Below, piece after piece: positions 9,948 through 20,000 of a stretch of 20,000 nt of DNA. Every line of letters starts with the position of its first letter. Positions within the stretch are counted from its first letter, which is position 1. Position numbers and translations under genes: made by a program. The DNA is from Sarea resinae (Eukaryota): the NCBI GenBank assembly GCA_026026165.1, contig JAPEUD010000066.1, positions 119,552 to 139,551 on the forward strand. Direction: 5' to 3'. The notes under the pieces are model-generated. The model searched no databases. It saw only the letters and a list, made by a program, of their open reading frames with translations, and had not been told where the DNA came from.

Positions 9948-12900
9948 CTAAGGTAGGATAATAACAGCAAACAATCTTCTATAAAGCACTAAGGCCTATA
10001 AGGCCTTATATTCTTCTTAAGTTACTTGATTATTATTATCCTTAAGGTCCTTAGACTAAGTATTATTAGTATTATTTGTAGACTTGTCTTTAATTAGATA
10101 ATTAGGTATAGAGGTAGGCGATCGCGTGTTCCTTGCAGAATTAGGTAGAGAAGGTTAGCATGTAAATTTCTTTAGACAATTTCTAGGTGCAGTGCTGTTT
10201 AACTTAGTGCTGTTAAGTTTAGTAAGCTAGTAAGTTCCTTAGACAAAGTCAGCCTATATAACACAATAGAGACCTATCTACCTATAGCAGAGTTTGCTTT
10301 AGAGCGAATAGTCTATAGCAAGCTTAGTGTTATAGAGTAATACTATATTATTAACGTTAAATTTATCTAGGCAGAGATTATAAACTTTATTAAATGCTTC
10401 TTTACCTTGTTCACACATGCAGTGTAGATATAGCTAGGTTTCTTATAGATCTTTATTGTAGCGTTGCATTTGCTAAGCCTATAATGCTAGTAATTCTGTA
10501 GTAGTTCAGACTAAATTCTAGTCTAATACATGCTAGATAGGAAGGTCTAATTTAATAGGCAAGACTGTGTTATATCTGTATAGCACTTAATAAGGTGTCT
10601 AGCTAGTAGAAACTCAAACTGTAGTGCAGTCAGCCTATAGGACTATATGCAAGTTCTAGACCTAATTTCCTATGCCTCTGTTTATTATCTTAGCTAGTGT
10701 ATTAATAATAGAGGTATAACCTCTTTCTACTAGGCTATTTGCTTGCAAGTAGTATACTAAGACTATAACGTGATTGATTCTATACTTCTCTATAAGAACA
10801 TGTATAAACTGCTTGTTCTCTAGTCCTCTATTAGTAACTAGCTTTTAAAAGCATCTGTAGCAGCAGATAATATCTTTGTAAAGGAATTTAGCAATAGTAG
10901 CAGAGGTAGCGTCTCTTATAGCGTGTGCTTCTACCTAGCTAGAAAAGTTATCCTAGGTAACAATAATGTTCTTCCTATTCTAGTAAGCTAGTATATGTAT
11001 TATGTTAAGGCTAACCTTCTCCTAACAGGCAAAAGACTAGGTTAGGTGTAAGGCCTTCTCTTCTTATTTAAAGGCTCTCTCTTAACACTTCTAGCAGCTC
11101 CTAATATATGTTACTACTTCTAGATATAGATCGCTCTACTAGTATCTATCTGCAATGCGCTAATAGGTGCCTTCTTAGCCTTTATATCCTCCTTAATTGT
11201 AGGCCTCCTCTAGGATATAGGCTTTGTTAGTATCTTAGTTAATAACTCTTTAAAGTAGTATATTCTTAGAGGCATACTTAAACAAGTGTTAGTCGCGAAC
11301 TAAGAATTTTAGGGCGTGATTCTTAAACTTGCAGAACTCTTTTGCGCTTATTTCTGCTAGCTAGACTAGAGAAAGAAGCTATTATACAATCTTCTGCAAT
11401 TTGTCTAAGTAACTATCCTTAAGAGGTAATAGAGGTTCTGCCTCTACACTGTCGCTATTTACAGATATAAGAAAGACTTAAACAAGGTATAACTCTAAGT
11501 CTATTATGTTATTAATGTCTGCCTTGTTTTCTATATTAGCGATATCTTCTGTAGTAGCTAGCTAATAAGATAATCTATTAGCAGCACTATGCTTTTAACT
11601 AGGAACATGTTAAATAGTAAAGTTAAAAAGGCAGATCTATACAAGCTATTAAGTGATAAGAGCACTAGGAAGGTTAGCTGCAGGCATATTAAGTTATACA
11701 ACTAGAGTATTAGCATTAAGTTCTACTACAAAGGTCTGACTGTATAGGTAGACTTAGACTTTCTTTAGCGCCTTTAGTAGGCCTTAGCATTCTTACTTTC
11801 TTGCATTGTACTTTTTCTCTGCGTTGTTCTAGAGTCTACTCTTAAATCAAATAGAGTGCTGTTTTCTAGTCTCTAGATTAACCTGCATAAGGTTCGCTCT
11901 CTAGCCTTCTCTACTAGCATTAACTCTAAGTATAATCTCTCTTTCTCTTAGTCTATAGATAATTGTCACTAGTGCTAGCGCAGTAGTAAGAGTGTACTTT
12001 AGCTTATCTATAGCTAACACCTAATCTAGTCCCTAGACAAATTTAATATCCTTCTTAAATAAGATAAAGATTAGCCTAGCAATAATAGCAAACCTGTTAA
12101 TAAAGATCCTATAGTAGACACATATGCTAATAAAAGCCCTAGCTTCTATAACATTCTAATAATTAGGCTATTCAACAATCTTTAGCACTTTAGTGCTGTT
12201 AGAGTGTTAGCTGTCTAAGTTGCAGACATAGCTAATAATCTTAATGCCTTCTATATAGAATTAAGATTTCTCGCTAGATACTATGTAGCTAGACTGCTCT
12301 ATATCTGCTAGAACCTTATTAAGTAATTAGATATACTTAGCTATATAGCGCCTGATTCTAGGTAAAATTTCTTTGCCTTTATAGTTAGATTAAGGCCCTT
12401 TAACACTAATATTATCTAGAAAAGGTTGAGTAAGATTAGGAATGTAGTTGCTAAGAATCTTTATAATAATGCAGACAAATTACACAACTAAGTTTATAGC
12501 TCTTTAAGGTAAAGTCGTCTAGTAAAGCAGGCCTAGAGGTGTTATAAAGGCAGTTATATCCTAGCATTCTTCTACTAGTTCGATCTAATTATATCCTAAG
12601 AAGAAATCAATAAGTAAGGCGACTTACATACTAGCAAATTCCTTAGAAAATTCTTCTACTAAAGGCAAGAGGTTTATGTCTTAAATTATAACCTTGTTTA
12701 TTGCTATTGCTGTGTTAACTATGCAATACTTTCTAGACTTCTTCTTAACTAGGAACTATAGGTTTTAGTACAGTCTGTAGCAGTGTTCTAGTAACCTATT
12801 CTTTAATTGTTCTTATAGCATTTTAATAACCACTTTGTTTAGTGCTTATAGAACTAAAAAACTATTAGCTTGCTAAGCAGTATGTAGAATAGTTTGTATC

Positions 12901-13535
12901 TCTTACACTAGCGCTACCTCTTTTCAGACCTTGCTAATTTCTAAGAAGTCCTACACAAGGGCCTTCTTACAATTATAAAGCATTGTAGTAAGCATCTCTT
13001 TCTCTTAATCTAATATACTATCTCCTACAACTATTATCTCTAATCTTTTAGGCGTAATATAAGATCCTTTTTGCAACTTTAAAAACTTTAGAATTAGCAA
13101 CGTGTTAAAGTCTTCTTCTAGACAGTCTAGGTCTTTTTTGTGTAACGTTCTGTAGTTTAACGCGTCTTTCTCTTCTAACTCTCTTTTCTAGTCTTTTGCT
13201 CCTCTAGGCTTGCTACTATCTAATACTAAAGTGTTAACTAGTCTAACCTTATCTCTCTTTTTCTTATACATTGTATAGATATAGGCTAAGTTAACGTTTC
13301 CTTTTAGATTTAACTCTAGATTAAGTATCCTCTTAGAAAACTAGTAAGTTTCCTCTTAACCTATATATAACGCTTTAAACTCCTTAACCTAATCATTATT
13401 CTCCTAATCTGTCCTAGAGAAATCCCTAGCCTTATTATCTAGTTTCTACTTATCTTCTTCTTCTAAGCCTTGCTATATTAGTCTTATAGTTATAGCAAAC
13501 ACCTGCTTAGGATAGCGTCTGCTATCTAGTTTAAA
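9948..13535 (-). pseudogene. pol: pol (reverse transcriptase - RNase H - integrase), RIP-inactivated
   Basis: De-RIP motifs. RT: LIDFFSGYDQI, TAFMTPLG, LPQGATNS, catalytic FLDD (12422-12411). RNase H: VDASGEGWG (~11920) and AADGLSR. Integrase: HHCC (11201-11085), D (11006), D (10832), E (10727), GPY module. No chromodomain; 3' end approximate. Confidence 0.93.
13526..13535 (-). promoter_or_regulatory. -1 programmed ribosomal frameshift site (U UUA AAC followed by UAG)
   Basis: In the gag-PR frame the minus strand reads tgT TTA AAC TAG; a -1 shift gives exactly the RT frame. Confidence 0.8.
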
Positions 13536-15913
13536 CAGTTCTAGCTAGAGAATATATTAGCATGCCTTCTATTAGACAAACTTTCTACTTGTGCTGCACT
13601 AAATATCTTTAAATAGCGTTAGTCCTCTAAAAACACAGTGCATATTATTGTTCTATTATCCTACACCTTAGTGTGTATACAAGCAGCAATCTAATACAGT
13701 TGACTAAGGATAAGTAGTTGATCTAGTTAAGTAGTAATAAAAATAGGTACCCTGCTAGTAATACCTCTAATATTGACTTTAATATCTTTAGCGCATCCTA
13801 TAAATAGTGCTAGCTTTCCTTTAATACTAATTATTATAGTAGCTAGTTAAGGAGTCTAACTTAGCCTAAGATTCTTTGCTGTTAATAGACTTATTAGATA
13901 TATCTTAGCACTACTATCTAATAGTCCTCTTATTCTCTTTTTTCCTTTAATGCTTACTTCTGCTATTATATATCTAGCAGTATATAACGTGGAATTTAGT
14001 ATTTCCTTATTAGTATAATTATTGCTTTCTATCTTTCTAACTATCACTAGGCGATCTATATTATGCTGTCTAGCTACAAGATAGCCTTCTAACCTTCTGC
14101 CTAAAGAGTATAACTTATCTCTAAGGTTCTTAAAGAAAAGCTTCTGAACTTTAGGCGCATTTAAAAGAAGATCCTTTACTATAACGTGGTTAAGCTGCTA
14201 ATCTAGTATTATATCTATAATAGAAGCAGGGTTAGCGTCTTCTCTAAGGTAATTAGATAATTAGCGTTGATAAGCCTTTTGCTAATATATTTCTTCTACC
14301 TTATCTATTAGCTCTAGCTTAGCAAACTCTACTCTCTTTTTAGAACTGCTAGCTAGACTAGGACATTATAGAGGCTGTTCTTTATAACAGACTATATCTC
14401 TCTTCTTAAGAACACAACTGCTCTAGTACGTCCTAGGGCAGATGTTCTTAGCTGCAGGCAACTTTTCTTCCTCTTAAATTCGCCTCTTATAGACTCTAGC
14501 ATCTAGGTCTTATATAGGTTTCTATATAGCAGGGTTAGATCCTTGCCTAAGGATCCTCTTAAGTTGTCTTACTAAATAGACATTTAATTAGTTATAGTTA
14601 TTAGCTTCTACATCTGTGTTATCTAGCTTAAGATCTGCTGCATAAATAGAACTAACCCTTACTAAGTTAACTCTTAAACTAAGGCTTAGTTGCTTCTTCC
14701 TTTTATTATACATCCTTTTCTATTCTTTGTTAGCAAACAGGGCTTAGTATTTGCTAGGAGGAATATACAACTCTGCTTTACCTTGTTCTTTAGGACCCTA
14801 ATATATTTAACAACGTTTGTTAAAATAAATCTTTCTACTTATAAGGAGCTGCTGTATTAGCAGGCAATTAGCGAATCTATAGCGCTAGTCACTGCATCTA
14901 AAATATCTAGTCAATTAAGCACAGTTTGTATCGCGAGCTAGATCTGCTCTATTATTCTGCTAGCTAGTCTAGTAGTTTAGTGCGCTTGCAACTTTTAAGG
15001 CAGAAGATAGTATCTAAGTAAGGAGCTTAGCAGTGTTTGTAGCACTTGCTGTAACTGCTTTAATTAGAATTATTAAGCTAGCTAACCTATCTGCTAATTT
15101 GTCTATAACCTTATTAACCTTCTTACTTGCTGTTCTTTCTATATAATCTTATACAACTAGAGGTTAGAGTAGCTCTGCTATAGCAGCCTTTAGAGCTAGG
15201 TGCTATCCTTTAATTAAGGTCTTTACTATCTTTATTAGCTCTGTCTTATTCAGCTTCTGCAGTGCCTGTATAGATTGACATTACTTAATAGCAATGTTAA
15301 AGATCTTCTTAAAGTCAATATTAGTAGAGTTGTAATTGTCTAGGTCGATATAGCCTTATGTGATAACTTTAACTTAGATCTCTTAGAGAAGGCCTTAGAG
15401 AAACTATAACATACAAGTATAGGCATTAAGCTTGTTTTTCTAGCATAGGGTTTAAGAGATGCTCTAGAACTAACAACAATATTAATAGATCTCCTCTGTA
15501 TTTAAACAGGGTTTCTCTTTAAGGGCTTTAAGGTAAGTTTAGGAGTTGATTTACTGCTCTATATCCTAATTAGAGTAGTCTTTTAGCAGCGATTTCTTAA
15601 ACTTATCCTAATCTATAAGATACTCTAGCATAGTCTTAATACTGCAAGACATAATACTCTTATAATAACGTAGGAGCCGCTTAAATATCTCTGTTTAGTT
15701 AAGCTAGTAATCCTTACACAGTCCTTTATATCTCTTAAAGAACTCTATAGCGTTCACCCTGTTAAAATATAGTACGCTATAGGTCTTAGAGGATAGTATA
15801 GGAGTAAGATAATATATAGTAGGTAGGAATGCAGTACTAGCAGCTATTGTAGGTAGTGTTAGTAATTCTAGTGAACTGTCTCCTAAAAAGTGCAGAGAGG
15901 AACGCGTTTGCAT
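13526..15913 (-). pseudogene. gag: gag-protease ORF, RIP-inactivated
   Basis: Track ORFs 15704..15913 (de-RIP APYFDGANATEFFERYE) and 13856..14047 (LLDSGAE aspartyl protease, Asp 13918-13916) share one frame. Zinc knuckle C-x2-C-x4-H-x4-C at 14905-14864. Confidence 0.88.
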
Positions 15914-16496
15914 AGTAGTAACAATTGCAGCTGCAACAAAGTTTACTGTTTCTTAAATAATTGCTTAAACAAATTATGTTAACTTATAAAGGCACTTGTC
16001 TTGTTTGCTGCTTTTAACTTTCTTATGTTTAGACCTTGTCTTACTCTTGCTAATCTACTTATCTCTAGTAGCGCCTTAAACATCTCTTAGCGCACTCTTT
16101 AACGCATAATAAAGCTGTTCTTTCTATCTGTTCTCTTTATATACTACGCAATAAACTGCCTTATTGCTAAATAAACTGTAAGCTGTTAAGGATTGCCTCT
16201 AACCTCCTTAGATAAATAGCTGTCGCCTAACTATTTTAACAATAAGATCTAGCTAGTCTAGTAGAATTTTTCGTTGTGTAATCTCTAAACTTTATGTCTT
16301 TGTTTCTAAATTCTTTTAGGGTCTCTACAATTCCTACTTCTTATCTCTCTTATATTGTGCTAACCTTTTAGAGTCTTAATTATACAGGCTAGGTTTTGTA
16401 CTAGCCTTGCAGATCTAGCAACCCTTCTGTGTATCCTTTAAGCAGTGTTTATACTTATTTGTAAAGCACTTTCTAGTTAAATCTATGTTGTTTAAG

Positions 16497-16514
16497 CCTT
16501 GTATAGGTTACTAA
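16497..16514 (-). promoter_or_regulatory. Probable primer-binding site
   Basis: Minus TTAGTAACCTATACAAGG directly follows the 5' LTR; TAG is RIP-compatible with TGG (complement of tRNA CCA). Cognate tRNA not identified. Confidence 0.6.
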
Positions 16515-16901
16515 TATAAGGGATCAAACTAGATCGCACTAGATAAGTGCTAGATAGTCCTAAAGATATAGGAACTGCTGAATTATAATAGCGCTGCTAT
16601 GCTTAATAGTTGTTAAGTGTGTCACTATCTTAGGTCTTGCTGCTAATATATCTTAGAGAACTTAAATAGGTAGTAGAATAAGCGTATTAATTAATATAAG
16701 CTATTAGCCTATAGCCTAGTAACTAAGTAATAAGAGAAAGAGAAAAACTAACATACTAACTGCTTGCTTAACTAAATGCTAGAAAACTAATAACTAAATG
16801 CATGTATAAAGAACTAATAATACCTCCTTTTAAACCCTTAAAGAATATAACTCTACTACTAACACCTAATAACTAAGCTATTGCTAGTTTACTCTATCAC
16901 A
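16515..16901 (-). repeat. 5' LTR (387 bp)
   Basis: Direct repeat of 5140-5526; minus strand begins TGTGATAG and ends CCCTTATA (RIP of ...ACA). Confidence 0.95.
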
Positions 16902-19088
16902 CTATAAGCGACTATAGGTGCGCTATATAACCTATATTACCTACGTTATAAATAGTTAACGCTATAGTCTAATATATATAGTAGTTCTAGTAGCAGCTAT
17001 AATAGCACTATATATAGTGCAGTGTAGTAAGCAAAGTATATACCTAGTATGTACTACAGTAGCTAGTTTATGCTAGTAGTGCAACTTTATAAACTTAGCA
17101 CTTATAGATAGTTCTAACATACCTAGCCTATAGGGCTATAGGGTAGGTTATAGCCTTAGCGCTAACTAATTATAGAGTAAATTTTTATGAATTTTTATAA
17201 TTTCCTATTTAGAAAGTCTTAGTGTTAATACCTATAGCACTAGAGCTACTTTCGCTTAAATTTCGCTTAAACTTTTGCTTATATAAGCAATTTTCGTGTA
17301 GCATAGGCATTTCTATATAGATAGAAGAATTCTATATAGATATAGGTGTTCTATATAGACACTATAAAACTATATAGCTACTTAATGCATTACTATTTCT
17401 ATATAGCTAGGTACTATATATATATATTAAGGTACAAACTATATAGACCTTTTATAAAGGCTACTGCTAATAGAGGTGCTATATATAGCTTAGTGTAGCA
17501 TAAGGTAACTACTTAGTGTAGTTTAGCAACATTTAGGTAAGCTAAGTAGAGTTATTAGCTATATAGATTAATAGAGGCGCTAGCTATTAGGGCTAGTATT
17601 TAGTGCAATTATAAAGTTAGTGCCTACTAGTAATATCTATATCTATAGTATTAGTTTTGTATTGCTAGAGTGATGCTAGCACGCTATAGTACACTAGCCT
17701 ATTTAATTGTGCTATTTCTACCTACTCTACTATAGCTAGAAGCTTAAGAGGTAGTCTAACACCTTTTCTCTTTTTACTAATATAGAAATATATAAGTAGT
17801 AAGAGAAAGAATAAGCACTTAGATATATAGGTAAGTAGAAGTGTAGTAGTATAGTATACTATATATACTAGTAGTGTAACTCTATATAAGGATTAGGTTT
17901 TAGCATAAAAATCATTAAATATCTTAAATGTAATAAATGTAAAAAACAGTGAATATAAGAAACAATAAATACAGTATATACTATAGAGTTATATAACTTT
18001 TAAAGCATTATACTTATAGCTTTTAACTTCTTTCTTTCTTAACTTTTTTACTTCTTTCTTTAACTTATTACTTATTACTTACTACTTCTTCTATCTCTTT
18101 TACTATTTAAATTTTCACTAATTATCTACAAACTTAATTTCTATTCTCTCTAGATATTGCACTATATAATAGTAACAGTATATAGTAACTAAGAATAAAA
18201 GTCTATACTATATTAGCTAAAAATTTAGTTTTAGAAAAAGATAGCTAATTTCTCTACTAAAACTTCTTAAAAGAGTATACTTTTATTACTCTAGTAAGTT
18301 CTACTATTATATTACATAATAGTGACTACAGATAGTAACTAATACTTAAGTTAAAAGAAATTTAGATATAGATTCCTAATTTAATAATCTTAATCTAATC
18401 TAATAATCTTAATCTAATAAGACTTAATGTCAGACCGCCTCCTGGACTTCTAGCTATGGTAGAGTAGGTAGGAATAGCATGATCGAATAGGCTAGTGCAC
18501 TGCGGCGTGCTGGCGTCACCCTGGCGATGCGGAACTGATACTATGGATATGGATATTGCCAGTAGGCACTGACTTCGTAATTGCACTGAACGCTGGCCCT
18601 AATAGCCAGCGCCCCTATTGATCTATATAACTGATGACCCCGCTCGGCTTACCCGAACGTTGCCGAACCACACCAGGTGGTTACCCTGCGCTGCGCCGAG
18701 CCGCATACGGCACCCTTATCGGTAGTGGCCCTCACAATTACCTCCCCTCCTAGGACCTGGTCCTCTAGGTCCTTTGTTCGCGATGTATGACATCATGGTG
18801 TTGAGTCTTTGTCTCGCTGGCGCCTCGGTGGCGTTGCCATTCGCCGCAAACAGTGAATTCGTGTAGATAACAAAGGGAGTTCTTTGTCCTGTTTGCTTGG
18901 TTTGCCAAACGCCGCGCCGGGGTGGCAGCAGTGAATAGACAGAGTGAATGCTTCAAACCGTCCGCATTAGGCATTCTCCCCATCGCTTGGAGGTCGCTTA
19001 GCCATGGGTGTGTAGGTATAAAACGTAGGTGATCCAGTGCGCGCGCGCACGATCGAACTTTTCGCACCACGTTTCAGGTACGTTCCAT

Positions 19089-19786
19089 ATGCCCATCATG
19101 AATCCCGGACGCTTCGCCGCGCCCCCGCCACGTGTGAACCAGCCTGCCGCCGCCCTCCGAAAGCCTGTGGAACTGAATCGGGACGTCTGCCTCCGCTGCG
19201 CTAAGGTCATCGGGTCCACGCCAGATATCGTCTGTACGAAGGCCTCATCAGCTGCGAAGTGCACACGATGTGCTCGGTTGCATAAGAAGTGTAGTCAGGT
19301 AAGTGACTCCCACATGGTGCCAGCCAGGCTCTGACCCAGCGTGCCGAAGGTGCCTACGGTCTTCCGCAAGCGCCTGAACCGGCTCACCAAGGCGGCTGAC
19401 GTGGTGGTTGGCTACGCCGATGACAACCCCGCCAAGGAGCCGTCGGCCGCTGCGCTCCGCGATCTACAGAGGCGATTCACTCGCCAGGTCGAAGTCCACG
19501 TGAACGCCGCCAACAAGCACCCGTCCGACAACGCGCTCCGTACGGCCGTGGCGACGGAACGACTCGCCGATGGCGTCGAAAGCCTCAATGATATCCTCCG
19601 GTTTGCTGTAAGTCGCACGTGGAACGCCAGCGATGCGACAGCGCTAACCCAGTCATCTAGTTCGATTTGCCGTCCGTTACGCGCGCGGGTGAGAGTGACG
19701 ATGAGGATGACGACGATACGACTGCGCCTCCGGGGGGGTCCGGCAATCAGGCCAGTCAGGGCCAGGCGGGGCAGACCGGTCAGTGA
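19089..19786 (+). CDS. Small (197 aa) protein with atypical six-cysteine Zn-cluster-like motif and acidic tail; exons 19089-19298, 19350-19607, 19661-19786
   Basis: Introns GTAAGT..CTGAC..AAG (19299-19349) and GTAAGT..GCTAAC..TAG (19608-19660) join the track ORFs in phase 0. Motif C-x2-C-x11-C-x8-C-x2-C-x6-C; C-terminal ESDDEDDDD; stop TGA 19784-19786. Confidence 0.8.
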
Positions 19787-20000
19787 TGGGATGGTGGTTC
19801 TTTCCGTTTCCTTTGTATACTAGATAGCTTCGGGTTCGCGCCGGGACGGCGCCGGGGGTTAATTTCACTTTTCTTTTCCGTGACTTCATCTCCCCTCGTG
19901 ACCGTAGCATCGTAGCCCTATAGCCCAATAGCCTTCCACAGAGACCGTACGCCGTTAGCACGCAATCGCATCGCAGGCCTACCCCTACGTTGGCTCGCTA

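Larger units (their letters stand above)
5140..16901 (-). mobile_element. Full-length Ty3/Gypsy LTR retrotransposon (non-chromovirus, Ylt1-like), 11,762 bp, RIP-inactivated, with extra ORF
   Basis: Two 387-bp direct LTRs; 4-bp TSD CTAC (5136-5139) / CTAT (16902-16905); PBS and PPT in minus orientation; domain order gag-PR-RT-RH-IN. Confidence 0.95.
2984..18430. other. AT-rich RIP-mutated repeat block (nested mobile elements)
   Basis: Abrupt drop in GC and strong TpA excess (tag/cta/taa/tata). In recognisable proteins, Trp/Gln/Arg codons have become TAG/TAA. Boundaries are approximate. Confidence 0.92.

Noticed and set aside
9900..10160. Chromodomain at the end of integrase
   Set aside because: The region after the GPY module is low-complexity and acidic, with no chromodomain aromatic motif.
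17005..17020. Perfect 16-bp palindrome GCACTATATATAGTGC and nearby hairpins as a Helitron end
   Set aside because: RIP generates TA-rich palindromes by chance, and no supporting terminal motif or helicase was seen.
18416..18426. AATAAGACTTA matching the repeat unit at 4812-4872
   Set aside because: An 11-bp AT-rich match with no extended similarity; likely coincidence.
18765..19961. Minus-strand ORFs 18765..19070, 18998..19264, 19412..19618, 19677..19961
   Set aside because: GC-rich shadow ORFs overlapping or adjoining the better-supported spliced plus-strand gene.

Overview
Filamentous-ascomycete (Pezizomycotina) genomic DNA. Bases 1-2811 are the 3' part of a TAO3/PAG1/Mor2 (Furry-family) morphogenesis gene. 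About 2984-18430 is an AT-rich block heavily mutated by RIP (repeat-induced C>T/G>A), so its genes are mostly absent from the ORF track and were read by manually translating and reversing RIP changes. Inside it is a complete 11,762-bp minus-strand Ty3/Gypsy LTR retrotransposon (5140-16901). It has 387-bp LTRs, a 4-bp TSD, PBS and PPT, and gag-PR joined to RT-RH-IN by a U UUA AAC -1 frameshift. It also carries an extra ~970-codon ORF ending in a 2OG-Fe(II) dioxygenase-like (PhyH-type HxD...H...R) domain. The retroelement is nested in a more heavily RIP'd segment that contains a three-exon divergent histone H3-like gene (4115-4741). An intact small gene with an atypical six-cysteine zinc cluster lies at 19089-19786. 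All de-RIP protein readings are manual reconstructions; no database search was run.
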